Of a stretch of 64,000 bases of DNA, positions 1 through 12,430 are shown in pieces; within the stretch, counting starts at the first letter, position 1, and the number at the start of each line of letters is the position of its first letter. The DNA is from Basidiobolus meristosporus CBS 931.73 (lineage: Eukaryota; Fungi; Basidiobolomycota). The position numbers were made by a program, and so were the translations under genes. The notes beneath the pieces are model-generated. The model did no database searches. It worked only from the letters and a program-made list of their open reading frames with translations, and was not told the origin of the DNA. The stretch lies in assembly GCA_002104905.1 (NCBI GenBank), contig MCFE01000251.1:49887-113886 (forward strand), read 5' to 3'.

Positions 1-59
1 TACGGAAGAGAAGCCGTACCGGACACAAAAGAGAAGAAGGCATCAAAAGACAGAGTCCC

Positions 60-2099
60 TTGCCAGGAGGCCAACAGGACTCAGTCAATCTAAGCCCTCC
101 AATCAGGACAATTGAAGTGCGGAAGAAGAAGCGTCAACATGATGCTTCTAGAGAGGAGGCAAAGGAACCTGTAGTAGAGGTTCCGTCAAAAGGAAAGAGC
201 GCGGAATTAGGTGAAGAAGTACGGAATGAACCTTGGGAAGAAGTGTTAAAGCGAACGAAGTACGCTAGCACGTCTTCCCATGGCCTATTCCCCATAATGA
301 AGGTACTAGAGCAAACCAAGGCAACCCTCCCAATAACCAATTTACTGGGACTGGCCCCGGCTCTAGTCAAGGAACTGATAGAGGGATTGAAGGAGATAAC
401 AACCCTCCATGTCAACCAGACGGTCCTGCAAAAACGGAATAAAGGTACATATGTAAAGGTACGTATAGAGAATAAGGAGATTCTTGCCCTTATCAACACA
501 GGATCCTCTATGTTCATCATGTCAGAGTCATTAGCAAAACGTCTAAAACTAAATATAGTCCCCAACGACACCATTTGAGTACGGCTAGCGAATGACCAAC
601 TGGATACAACGGTAGTTGTGGTGCCTAATTGCCCCATTCAGCTAGGCAACTTGATAATACGCCAAGATGTCGTGGTCCTACCCGTCGCAGCCAACAACTT
701 ACTCATTGGCGAGAGTTGGTTTATCCAACATAAGATGGATATACTTTACAGTGCATCTGAACTCAGGTGGGATACCAAGAGTATCCCACTGATTCATATC
801 ACCGATGAGAGCAAGGCGCGTAGCAACAGTGTGACAATCGAAGAGGTGAAACCATCGCACTCTCCGATCATCACACAAAAGGTGATAAAAATACCACCTG
901 CCAGTGAGACGGCGATCTCATTAGAAACACCAATAGCTTATTCAATGAGCGGAAGAATGATAACCGCAGCAAAAGCATCCGAGCAACTGGAAGGAATCTT
1001 GATCCCTAAAGTATGGATACCACCAAAATTTGAAACGCAAAGCCTGAAATGCTTAGTGGTTAACAACAGGCAACACATGGTGACATTGCCTAGAGGAGTG
1101 CCATTGTTAAACTTAGAGGAAGTTGACGGAAACGACCAAGGACCACCTCCAAACAAAGAACCAGAAGAAGAACTCCCCAAACTAGATGTGGACCCCGGTC
1201 TACCGCCTACGTTACAAGACAAATTCCTAGAAGGAATATGTCCGCTTGCCCAAGTATTCTCTAAGAACCAAGTAATTGGTCATATACCTGGGGTATATCA
1301 CCAAATCCACCTTGCCGACAAATACCCCATCAAGCAAAAAGCCTATAGGAATTTGAAAATTGACACAGACTATATCAAAGATACGATTGAAACTTTATTA
1401 AAAGACGACATCATTACAGAGAGCCAGTCTCCGTGGGCCTCCCCCGTAGTGATAGTCCCAAAGAAAGACGGAAAGCAATGCTTTTGCATCAACTACCGGA
1501 AATTGAACGCCGTCACCCAGAAGGACGTGTATCCGCTACCGCGAATAGACGACCTCTTGGACAGATTAATTGGAGCTAAATATTTTAGCTCTCTTGACTT
1601 AATCTCCAGGTATTGGCAAGTAGAAGTAGCCCCGGAAGATCGACCCAAAACCGCTTTTATAACATTGTTTGGATTATACAAATGGAACCAACTACCCTTT
1701 GGCTTGTGCAATGCCCCCGCTACGTTCCAAAGGATGATCGACAAAGTGCTAGGAAATCTACAATGGGAATGCGCCCTTGTGTATCTGGACAACATCACGA
1801 TATATTCCCCCAATGTAGAAGAACATATACACAATGTGCAACGTATCCTGACATCCCTCCTCGAGAACCAACTCAAACTACATCCCAAGAAGTGCCATTT
1901 CCTGTATACAAAATTGTTGTTCCTGGGCCACGAGATCTCGGCAGATGGAATATACCCATCTATGTCACTCCTGAAAGCCGTTCAAAATGCACCTGCACCA
2001 AAGGACATTAATGCAGTGTTGGGATTCCTAGGATTAGCCGGCTACTATCGCCGCTTTGTCAAAAACTTTGCGACGATAGCAGCCCCCTATACAAATTGA
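60..2099 (+). pseudogene. gag end / aspartic protease / reverse transcriptase portion of pol
   Basis: ORFs 60-578 and 618-2099 are in the same frame, split by one TGA at 576-578 in the context I-*-V-R-L-A-N. The protease site reads INTGS and the RT site YLDN, so catalytic Asp residues are mutated. Confidence 0.9.
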
Positions 2100-3615
2100 C
2101 GCAAAAGGGCCAGTGTTTTGTATGGTCGGAGCCTCAAAAGAGAGCATTTGATCAGCTGAAACATTCCCTGACGTCACCGCCAGTGTTACAATTTCCCAAT
2201 TGGGATGCGAGATTTTTTATTAACTGTGATGGAAGCCTCACCGGTATAGGCGCCGTACTGGGACAATACCACCAACCCGGCAAATTCCACCCGATCGGTT
2301 ACGTGAGCCGTTTGCTAAACAAACACAAACGCCACTACCCCGTTACCGAGATAGAATGTCTGGCTGTTGTTTATTCAATTAAACAATTCCATACATACAT
2401 ACATGGTTGCCGATTCACGATAGTAACGGACCACAGCGCACTGGTCTGGCTGATGAAAACTAAAGACTTTACCGGCCAACTAGCACATTGGGCCCTACAA
2501 CTACAGCAATACAACTTTGAAATAGTTCACCGCGCTGGCAAGAAACACCAGGACGCAGACTTCCTCAGTCGCTATCCCGTTTGCCAAATACGTGTCAGTG
2601 ATGAGTACAAGGACGTAATCTGCTTTAAAAAGAAAGGGAGGTATCCCAAACACGTCGTTACAAGCAAACAGAAGAGAGAATTTCGAAGGAAATGGTGTCA
2701 GTACAAAGTACAAGAAAATCAACTATGGTTCCTCCAAGGACAGTCCAGAGCCAAGGTACCCCCACTAGCAGCCCGTGAAGAAATCATACAAGAAAGACAT
2801 ATGTCATTAGGACACGCTAACCCCCTAACGACATATAAGATGTTAAGAAAAACGTTTTATTGGCGAAAAATGATGACCGACGTTACAAATACGTTACAAA
2901 GATGCACCACTTGCAAAAGATTCAACCGGAGTCAGAAGATAGGGACAACTGCACCAATACCGGTTGACCTGCCCTTCCACCAAGTAGGGATCGACTTTGT
3001 TGGCCCCTTTATGAAAACAAAGAAAGGAGAACAATACATAATAATTGCTACTGATTATTTCTCAAAATGGGTAGAAGCCCAAGCCGTCCGCAATAAAGAT
3101 CAGAAGACAACCGCCCGATTCATTCTAGAACACCTCATCTGCCGACATGGATATCCTCAGATACTCCTGTCCAACAATGGTGGTTCCTTCCTGAACAACA
3201 CCGTGGCCCACCTGTGCAAAATGATGGGCGTGAAACAAGTCTTCACGGCCGCGTAGGTGTCCCCCTGACAACACATAACGACTATATAGAAAGGTTGATA
3301 CACCGTATCGCCCACCTATACATAAAAGTATTTGAAAATGTCGACAAGCACCTTCCCCCTCCACCCAAAAATGAGAAACTAACGAGACAAAAGTGGAAAC
3401 CAGGCAATAAGGTGTGGTACGACCAAACCGTTGCAGGCCTCAAGTTCCGCCCACGATTTACACCCCAATGGATTGGCCCATGCACCGTTATCAGTTTGGA
3501 CCACGGACCAAAGTACACCATCACCCTGAATAATAAGACAATCAGCAACGTAGCGCCAGCCCATCTGAAACCGTTTCATGATGATCCACCGATCATCACT
3601 GAGACCGAAGTGTGA
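2096..3615 (+). pseudogene. RNase H and integrase portion of pol
   Basis: Reached by an apparent 1-nt deletion in a C-run near 2083-2087 (restoring it gives AAPLYKLTQKG). RNase H motifs CDGS, IECLAVV, TDHSAL and DADFLSR are present. The integrase core has an apparent internal deletion at ~3245-3256, followed by a GPY/F-like tail (WIGPCTV). Confidence 0.88.
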
Positions 3616-3720
3616 TTAAACGATTATCAGGACAAGGATAGAGGAAGACACGGGATACATTCAAAGTTTATTAGAGGAGATTTTAGTCAATATAGGTACA
3701 AATAATATGCGCGAGGGAGT

Positions 3721-4914
3721 TTGCCCAAAGGGGAGAACAAAAGAATGCATATGGAAAGCACCGAAGGAAACAGTTCACCCAAAACTGGCGATACCCCTCC
3801 CACTAGCAAGAACCAAGATGATATCGAAAACAAAACCGACCTGCAAGTGTTAAGAGATATGGTACGAGCGTTATGTACAACAAGAGCCACCTATGAAGAG
3901 TCGTTTGCCGGAGCAGTCACGCTAATACGAGACACAATCAGAGAGGGACAAGACAAGTTACCCACGCCAATACAAAGCATGGAGATACTACCCAAGAAGA
4001 CCGTGTACCACCTAAGAGGAGGTTCCTTGATCATTAAGGAGAAGGACACCGCGCTGATTCCCGTATCCATACTGGACACAGTCAGACAGAAGACACAAGG
4101 AATCAACTGTCGCGCCCTCACAAGACCTTGAGAGCCCCCCTGTTTCGTTGCATACTTGCCATTAATAGGTACCACGGTTGTTGAGGTATTCGCAGACCTG
4201 GTACGAGCTGCAAGAGCACCAGAAGTAGAACTCCCGATCAAAGGACTCCTCCGAGAAATTCGCGAACATCTCGAACCACATTTCCAAGAAGGAACCATCT
4301 TAGAGAAGATACGCGAACGGATTAAATACACCGGCCAGTTAACCCATGCAATCCACCAAGTTGCTGTGTTACAACTATTACAGTGGTTTACCATAGGACA
4401 ACTCAGGAATCAGTACAAAGTCCAACTCCAAGAAGCCGAAGAAACCGCCGCGGATTCTGTAGAAACCATGAGGCAAGTACGAAAGCGCCTCGATTGCACC
4501 ACAGTTTCTACGGAAGAACTACAATACGTCTTGGAAGAAGCAAAAACTCGTTATTGACAATGGGTGACTGCCAACCGAGTGTACGCCCTCTTCAAAAGGT
4601 CCCCCGCTGTCATATTGAACACAAAAAGGACAAGCCCCGATAACGTTTGCAAGATAATGAAGCAAGACTTTATCGCGCTATTGCACCTTTTCTTGTTCTC
4701 CAACCCTCCTGAGGAACTTACCCAGAACCCTATGGTTTGCCAACTATTTGGCTCTGTGGAAAACATCCCTCAAGCAACACAGGCCGCACCCCACTTGGCC
4801 GCCAAATGGTATCAGGTACTTGCCCGCGATCCCCTCGCAAGTGACAACCAGCAATGGTACTACGGTGACTCCCCATGCTCTGTAAACAAAATCGATCCTG
4901 GAGAAGCGAGTTAG
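3721..4914 (+). pseudogene. extra sense ORF (ORF3) between pol and the 3' LTR, unknown function
   Basis: Track ORFs 3721-4131, 4156-4557 and 4564-4914 are all in one frame, separated only by two single TGA codons. Confidence 0.7.
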
Positions 4915-4958
4915 TCAAAGAACTTTGAGGACAAAGCTCCCACTTAACCCCCGGGATA

Positions 4959-5347
4959 TGTGAGTACTCAATGTAGTACCCACTCTTTGCCCAAGAGTTC
5001 TCCCAAGAGTTCCCTCCAGAGTCCTACCCAAAGTCCTCCAGTACCCTCCCTATGATTCCCCCACGCATCCTCCCCTCCTATCCCTGCCCTTATCTAGTTA
5101 GAACACTTACCATAACAGGAAGGTGTTCACACCCCTATTTTATAACACATTGTCTATTGTCTAAGCCCCCCCAAGTGATATATATATCTACCCAATTGAA
5201 CCAGGAAGAACAACGAGATTTGGACAAAATAAACAGAAGTCTTTATTACCTTGCTACCTTCTATCGGAAGCTATTCTGAACCAAGTGGTACTGACTTGAC
5301 CTACAAGCTCTCCCACTCACCAAGTACAGTCAGTAATAACCCACACA
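4959..5347 (+). repeat. 3' LTR of the Gypsy element (~389 bp)
   Basis: Starts TGTG after a TTGAGGAC...GGGATA pre-LTR tract and ends CACA, giving inverted termini. It has a TATA-like run near 5177-5187 and AATAAA near 5228. The partner LTR is not in the window, so the boundaries are unconfirmed. Confidence 0.65.
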
Positions 5348-6870
5348 GGGTACCTGATCTTTTGGTGAGATATATTGGGTAAATCCCAACAAAGAATATG
5401 GGCAGGATATTCTAGGATACATAGACTATGGCCTAGGCAACCAAGTCAATGGAGTGTTTAGGTATGGCTGCAGATTTTGTAACAGTATATTGGCGCCCAT
5501 AACCTGCTGTGAGAGTTCTGGGGGTAAGCATCAAGTTGATGGCACTATACTGGTGAGATACAACGGGGTATTATGTCAATATCCAGGTGTCAATTGGGTG
5601 ATGTCGATTGTATGTTGCCCACATGTATACACTGCCAATAATACAAGGGGTATAGCAACTTGGCAAGCATCTCCTCCTGAAACTGGGTGTCACCTTGATG
5701 GAGGTATGTCCATCTCAGCAGGTATGCCTGCATCTTGAGACAGATGCGCAATGAGCAATAGCAGCATTTGGCTTTCGAATCACCACACGTGAAACACCCG
5801 TGAGGAGGTTCATTTCATGGATTTTCAGAGATCATGCACTCATATCATCCTGTGGCATTGAGAGGAATACAAAGGTCCAGATGAACTTATGCAAACTACG
5901 ATCTGGTACCCAAGAAGATACCATGCCCGGGGCTAGTTGGATGAGTAGAAGGGATTCAATAACTCCCAGGACTGGACGAATTTGAGGGATTGGCCGATAG
6001 TGTGCCGACCAAACATCAAGTCCGTTATCCCAAAATCCAGGGGATTGCGAAGTGAAAACTGGGAGGACATACCAAAAATCCGGTAAATAATCCCTCCCCC
6101 CCCCCCAAAGGTTTGCGCCTCGGCTGGCCGGAACCAGATTCAAATGCAATCGGAAGGTCCTACCCGAACCTTGCTTTAGCCCGGTAAGGCAACCGGTGAA
6201 AACCGATGCAAGGGGAACTAGGATTTTGGAAACGTCTCGGAGTCATTGAAGGGTGCCAATTCTCTACCTGATTCGGCCAAGTCCAAACTCGGGCCAAACA
6301 ATAGAATACCACCCGGGGGCAATCCATTTGTTTCCAACAAAAACCACCACCATGTGGCTCCTGATCACCCTCAAGCACCCGGGTTCGTCACCTACCCTTA
6401 CTTGCCCCTCATTGTACTCGATGTACCATGAGTGGGAATCATGATGGTTGATGATTACAAGGCCAGCAGCACTTTTCGTTCGATTCGTACCTTGGCAAAA
6501 CCTCCATCTGTTGCTCGCTAATGTCATACCCTGTGCCAGACTTCTTAGCAAAGGGATTCGGCAAGTATTCGAAAGGATGTTGGAAACACGGGATTGTGCT
6601 TTCCAGCGATAAAATGTGGTGAGGAATGGGGATTTCCTACCCTGCCACGCCGCACCATATCTGGATATGTAAAAATTAGAGGAACCTTGAACTTTATCAA
6701 CTGCACCCGGATTTGGATTTGGTGAGTGTTGGATAATACGCTCCTTTCCTTTTAAATCTCATACTTTATGACAGATTAGGCTCAAAGCAATGCTCAATAA
6801 GTACATTCAGTGGAATATTTGGTCAAGTGATAGCAAATACAAAATTGTGGAGGCTGGATGGCCATCAAAC

Positions 6871-7615
6871 TTATTTGGAAGAAAGAGCTACAACACCAGG
6901 AAGTTCCTTACCCTCCAACAATTCCAAGGAGGCACCTCCACCAGTGGAGACGTGGCTAATGTTATCCACCTGTCCCCATTTCTTGGCAGCAGTAGCAGTA
7001 TCACCACCGCCAACAATGGTAGTGGCACCATTCTTGGTGGCTTCAACGACGGCATCAAGGGCAGCCTTGGTGCCCTTATCGAACTTCTCGAATTCGAACA
7101 CTCCGAGTGGGCCATTCCAGAGGATAGTCTTGGCTTCCAAGATAGCTTTGCGGTTGATTTCGTTACTCTTCTCACCGCAATCCAAACCTTGCCAGCCACT
7201 TGGGATACCGGTCTCGTCAGTAGCGTAGCCAGTGTTGGCATCCTTGTCGAATTTATCGGCAGTCACGTAGTCAACTGGAAGATAAAGTTGAACGTTGTTC
7301 TTCTTGGCCTTCTCAACAAGGTCCTTAACGATCTCAGCACCAGCTTTGTCGAACAAGGAGTTTCCGATTTCGACATTTTCGAGAGTTTTCTTGAAAGTAT
7401 ATGCCATGCCTCCACCAATGATCATGCCATCGACTTTGTCAAGCAAATTGTCAATCAACTGGATTTTGTCAGATACCTTGGCGCCACCAAGGATGGAAAG
7501 GAATGGACGTTCAGGGGATTCCAAGGCCTTGGAGAAGAAGTCCAACTCTTTCTTCATAAGGAAGCCAGCAGCGCGGACTGGGAGATCTACGCCGACCATA
7601 GAGCTGTGGGCACGG

Positions 7616-7646
<31 letters not shown>

Positions 7647-8127
7647 TCTCGCCGAGTTTGGTAAGAGAATCACGGAATGCTTTGACAGATTCAGAAGAGG
7701 CCTTGGTCTTATTGCCTTCCTTATCCTTGGAGGAACCTTCCTCCTCGATATGGAAACGAAGATTCTCCAAAAGAATGACCTTGCCGTCCTTGGCTTCGGT
7801 ACAGGTCTTCTCAACCTCGGCACCAACGCAGTCGTTGAGGAAGGTCACCTCACGATCCAAAAGCTTGCTGAGCTCTTCAGCAACAGGTTTCAAGGAGTAT
7901 TTGGAAACTGCTTGGCCATTAGGACGACCAAGATGGCTCATCAAGATAACTGCCGAGGCACCGTTGTCGAGAACATGCTTGATGGTAGGCAAGGCGGCAA
8001 CGATACGTTGATTGTTGCTAATTTTACCGTCGGCAAAGGGGACGTTGAAGTCAACACGAATCAAGACTCTCTTTCCCTTGACATCGACGTCAGTAACGCC
8101 AAGTTTGCTGCTAAGGTTATTGGACAT
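6871..8127 (-). CDS. PGK1: phosphoglycerate kinase (intronless, 418 aa)
   Basis: Motifs [49 protein letters not shown] and [15 protein letters not shown]. Likely start is MSNNLSSKL at 8127, not the upstream in-frame start. Confidence 0.98.
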
Positions 8128-9752
8128 GATAGGAAATTGTCGAAAAGGAGGATGGCTCACCCCATCGGGCCCTACGTTAGTTTTATACCTGGATTGGGCC
8201 AATGGAGCCGGTAATTACCACGGCCTAGCATTGAAAGATCCGTTACAAGAAAGGAAACATAATATATAATCCGGATCGATTACTAGCATTGATGATTGAA
8301 ACGGCTCGCTATTTTCTAATGAATCTGCCACGCATAAATCTAGGCTGATCATAAATGCGCGGATTCACAGATATGATCAGCGATGAATAACACTCGGACT
8401 TGGTTGAAGTTGTCTGGGAGCAGCGGATGGGGTTGGTTTCATGACTCTCGAGAGAACCACGCAGGGATGTGCAGGTCTAATTGGACTGCCTAGCGATGAC
8501 GAGGTAAGCCACACCACCATTTTCTGTTGAGTAGCATTTGAATCTTCGCCGAACTAGTCTTGCGTCATGGAAGTTACTAGAAAGCGACTGATTTAGATCC
8601 ACTCATCTCCATGACGCGGATGTGGCGAGCAAGTTGCTGGGGACCGTAGAGCCTGATCACTGGAGCATTGTACAACATTAACTCCGCGAGAATGGGGTGG
8701 ATTTGAATCTAGGATTCACAAACACCCATCAAACGATTAGTGCCGGTAGATTCGGAATGTCGATGATTGAAGTTGAATCTGATTGAATTCGGTATAAACG
8801 CTTATCAATCATTGATAAGCTTGTGTGCTCATATTGGCCTGCATGTTCGAGATGTAGTCTTTTATAGTGTAGTGAATTGACCTGATTGTTGATGACGGTC
8901 CATATGGCTTAGGATATTCTCCGTACCACGAATCACGGCGCCAGTATTTTGATGAGCTGTAAACTATGATGGGTTATTTACAACGTTGATCAATGAATCT
9001 GGCTTCTCCATGTAGTTCATGCTCGTTATCATGCAGAGAATATGCCCTACGATTTTGCCAAGACGCAGTGGCTCCTTGGTTAGATACTGATGGATGGACA
9101 TGGTTACAATGGCCTGGTAGAGGAGTGTTCGAAAGCAAATCGGGACTTCTGGTAGCAAGTGAAGTGGAATTCGCTGGTAAGGTGTTTGAGCAGCAAAAGT
9201 GTGCTCAGAGACGTCTAAAGAGTTTGTATACGAGATCATTTGAGCACTGCATGACTTCAAACGGCAATACATCATGGAAATGCCAAACGTAGGGGGACAA
9301 TTGGTAGGTCTAAAGTTCCCTCCAACAGTTATGGATTGATATGTATGCATCGAGCGTCGCAAGACACATGCAGCCAACTGCTTACTTCTGGCAATACCGA
9401 AGGATAATAAATAAACCCCTTAGTGTAGTCAACAAAGCCCAGCAGCTTCGCGCCCACTTTCAAGGTTGGCGGCTTTACTAAAGCAATGTATTCGATTGGT
9501 ACTTGGTGTATTCTATTCATGGACGCGCAATAAGGCCGTGTCCAGATATTTACATTACAAAAGATGTCAACGATGGCACAAGCGAAGCTAAGTAAATATT
9601 CAGGATGGTTTTCGAAATGATTGCTTCGTAGAAATAGGTGAATGAAGCTATAGACAGTTCAGTGCAGATTGCCGAGCAAGCAACGACGCGAAATTGGTAT
9701 TACAATAGGATCGACGGGGCAGACGTAGGAAGTCAAGTGAAGCCACGAGATT

Positions 9753-12430
9753 CTAATCATCCTCGTCCACGAAGAATCCGTGTTTTTCCCCCAGAGAAAT
9801 CCGGCCATCTACGAACGAGTGTCGAGCTGCCATAACCTGCTCAACCCATCTTGAATCTATGTAGCCGTGAAGCATCGCTTGCTCAGCCTCTCCATAATCC
9901 GATTTCTCCCGAGCCATGATCAACCGAATGATGACTTCCGGGTGCAACACATCGTCACAAAAGAGCTGTAGGATTTTGGGGTTGGAAAGGTCGGGATGAA
10001 TTGCCAGATGCTTTACTTTAACCTCCATGAAATCGAGCCCTTCGGAGCTCATTAGGTCGCCTTCGATATCATACTGTTCCAAGAACATCTGCTTTACCAC
10101 TCGCGAGATGAAATGGAAATCGTTGATTCCAAAGGGCCCTCGGCTGATGTAATGGGCCAGCGTTCTGCGCTCGCGAAGGCTCCTGAAAAACTTGTCGTAG
10201 CGCCAGCTGTTCTTGTCATCTCCACACATGATTCTGATCAGGTCATCCTCATACGACATGACCTGTCTCCTTAGCGATGGGTTCTCGTACTCGGGGTCTT
10301 CCTTTTCGAGGGTGAAGTCTCCCAGCTGGTCCAAAATCGCCGTTAGTAACACAGCTCCGGTCTTTCGGGTTCACGTGGCCATACTTACTGGGCAGGTCTG
10401 GAATTCAGGCTCGTAGATGGTAAAAAACTCGTTGCGCGACAGGGTTTTGCGTTGCCCATCATAGAGCTGGGCTTTGTATTTGTTTGGTCTCTTGTACGAA
10501 ATGATCTTGCCTGGGAAATAGGAGCGATTCGACTTCAGGTATGCCAAGCAAAGTTCCCCAGGGATCATAATACTTGCAATAAGATGGATCTTTAGTTGGA
10601 AGCAAGCAGGCGGTCATCAGGGCATACGTACCTAGTGTCCAGATCGAAATCAGGATCCTCGTTCAGAATCGCTTGGCTATATAAGCGTTAATAATGAGAG
10701 AGCTAAGTAGACAGAAGCTTTGTGTTACCTTTCAAATGAGAGTTCGCAAATTGGACTCTGTTGCGAGATGTCGGACCCTAAACCGCTGTCGTAGGTATGA
10801 GGGTTGTAGCTCTTCGGCGAAGCGTCTGTTGACTTCTTGGTTTCTGTGAGACGATAGGTGAGTATGGCGAGATCGAAGCACGCACGCAGGGAAACAGCTT
10901 ACTTGCTTCAGCCGAGCTGTTTGTGGAGCTGTTGTCAGCCAAAAACGCTTCATCCGACGGCTTTTTGTGTCTGATAACCCGTGGTTTGATGATGGTTCGG
11001 GGTTTGATTACTGTCTTCTCGGCTTCCGAGTCACTGTCCGAGAAGGCAGGTGTTCTTCTTTTGGAATGAGATGCTTCTGGATTGCCTGTTCGTGAAGGTC
11101 TCAACGACAACTCGTCACGATCGTCGCGTGTGGGTTTTCGAATTGAGCTCCGATTAGTGTGTAGACCGCCCTGCTTGCATCCTGCAGTGGGCGATCTATC
11201 TTCCGTGGTAGTGCCATCACGGCCATGTAGCTTTTTCTTCTTCTCTTTCTTGTTGTCGATTTTAGTTGAACCCTTCTCAAGACTCTTCAGTAGTCTACCT
11301 TTGATCCCATCATTCTCCTTGTTGTGGGGTTTCGATGACGATCTTGTCGAGCTGGCATTTGCTTTAGACTTTGCTTCAGATTTCTTGAGCGAAAACGAAG
11401 CAAAATCGTCGTCGTCGTCCTCGTCTGTGAGGTAAGATCTTGGTTTGGAGTCCCTACTCTTAGAGCTTGTCTCTCGTAGTTTCTTTTTGCTGCTTTTGGT
11501 CTGTGTTTCCGCGGGCAAAGGCTTGGAATACCTTGTGATGGATGTGGGTCCGTAGATATTGCGCCATTGCGCTACGTTAGTCTTTTCCTTCCTGCTAGGC
11601 TCGATATCCGTGAGCTCAGAAAGAGAAGGCATTCTGACCAAGCCCTCGATCTTTCGGATTTCTTGGTTTCCTTTGAGGATTCGGGTTCGTTGACTCCGCT
11701 CGACTCGGTTGGGCTTGGGTGGAGATACAAAGTCGTCATTTTCCTGGCTTTTCTGGCAGCTTTTGGAGGACAGTCTGAGAGCGCTGTCCATGGTGGGCAA
11801 ATCATCCTCGTCCAAGGTAGATAGCTCCGGCAAAAGAGTGGCAAGGTTTCCCTTGGTGCCAGCTTTTGACGAGCCTTTAGTCGAGCGAGGAATCGCTGTG
11901 TTCAATATGTCTACCATGGAGGGCAGCTCATCGCCATTAAGTGTCGCATCTCGTGCCAAAGATAGAGCGACTTTAAATTCCTTCTCTGCTTCGCAACCCT
12001 TCCACTGTTTGATGAACTCGTCTGCCTGCAAGCAGTGAAACGGCTGAATATTGTTCTTATTCGGGGCACCAAGACGTACGATTTCACCTCTGTGTTCGGT
12101 TTTGTGCAAAAGAGTAAGTTCAGGAGTGATTGGGGAAGGACCGTATATAAAACACCCACTTTCTATGGGAGAACTTCTGAATCTTCAAGGGCACTTTTGA
12201 TCGATCACCTAGTATCTAGTCGAAGTTGTGATATAGATGACTGCAGATAATGTGACAGTCGTCACTGGAGAATACACTACCTTTCCGGGCCACCATTTTC
12301 CTTTGCGTTCAACCCAGACGATGTCAGGCAAGTTGGAGGGCGTGATGGCATGGTATTTTGAAGTCAGTACCTCTGGAGGTGAAGTGGCACCTGCCTCGAA
12401 TTGGCGACCAAGTGTTCTGGAAGACGACAT
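9753..12430 (-). CDS. multi-exon putative chromatin reader: PWWP-like domain, low-complexity linker, second Tudor/PWWP-like domain, helical C-terminus
   Basis: IVWVERKGKWWPGKV (12209-12436 ORF), a Lys/Ser-rich linker (10778-12109), LCLAYLKSNRSYFPGKII (10371-10568) and a C-terminal ORF (9753-10352), all collinear on the minus strand. Start and splice sites are approximate. Confidence 0.72.

Larger units (their letters stand above)
1..5347 (+). mobile_element. Ty3/Gypsy LTR retrotransposon, inactivated copy; 5' part lies outside the window
   Basis: Domain order is PR-RT-RNaseH-IN. RT motifs: SPWASPVVIVPKKDG, YPLPRIDDLL, PFGLCNAPATFQR. Integrase motifs: H-x4-H...C-x2-C and GIDFVGPF. The element ends in a TG...CA bounded LTR. 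Confidence 0.95.

Noticed and set aside
5348-6780. Possible second mobile element between the LTR and PGK, with a C-run at ~6091-6106 resembling a minus-strand polypurine tract
   Set aside because: I could not find TE protein motifs, terminal repeats or a partner sequence in any frame.
6790-8214. 474-aa ORF antisense to PGK
   Set aside because: It overlaps PGK in register with no recognisable motifs. Long antisense frames are a known by-product of strong codon bias in highly expressed genes.
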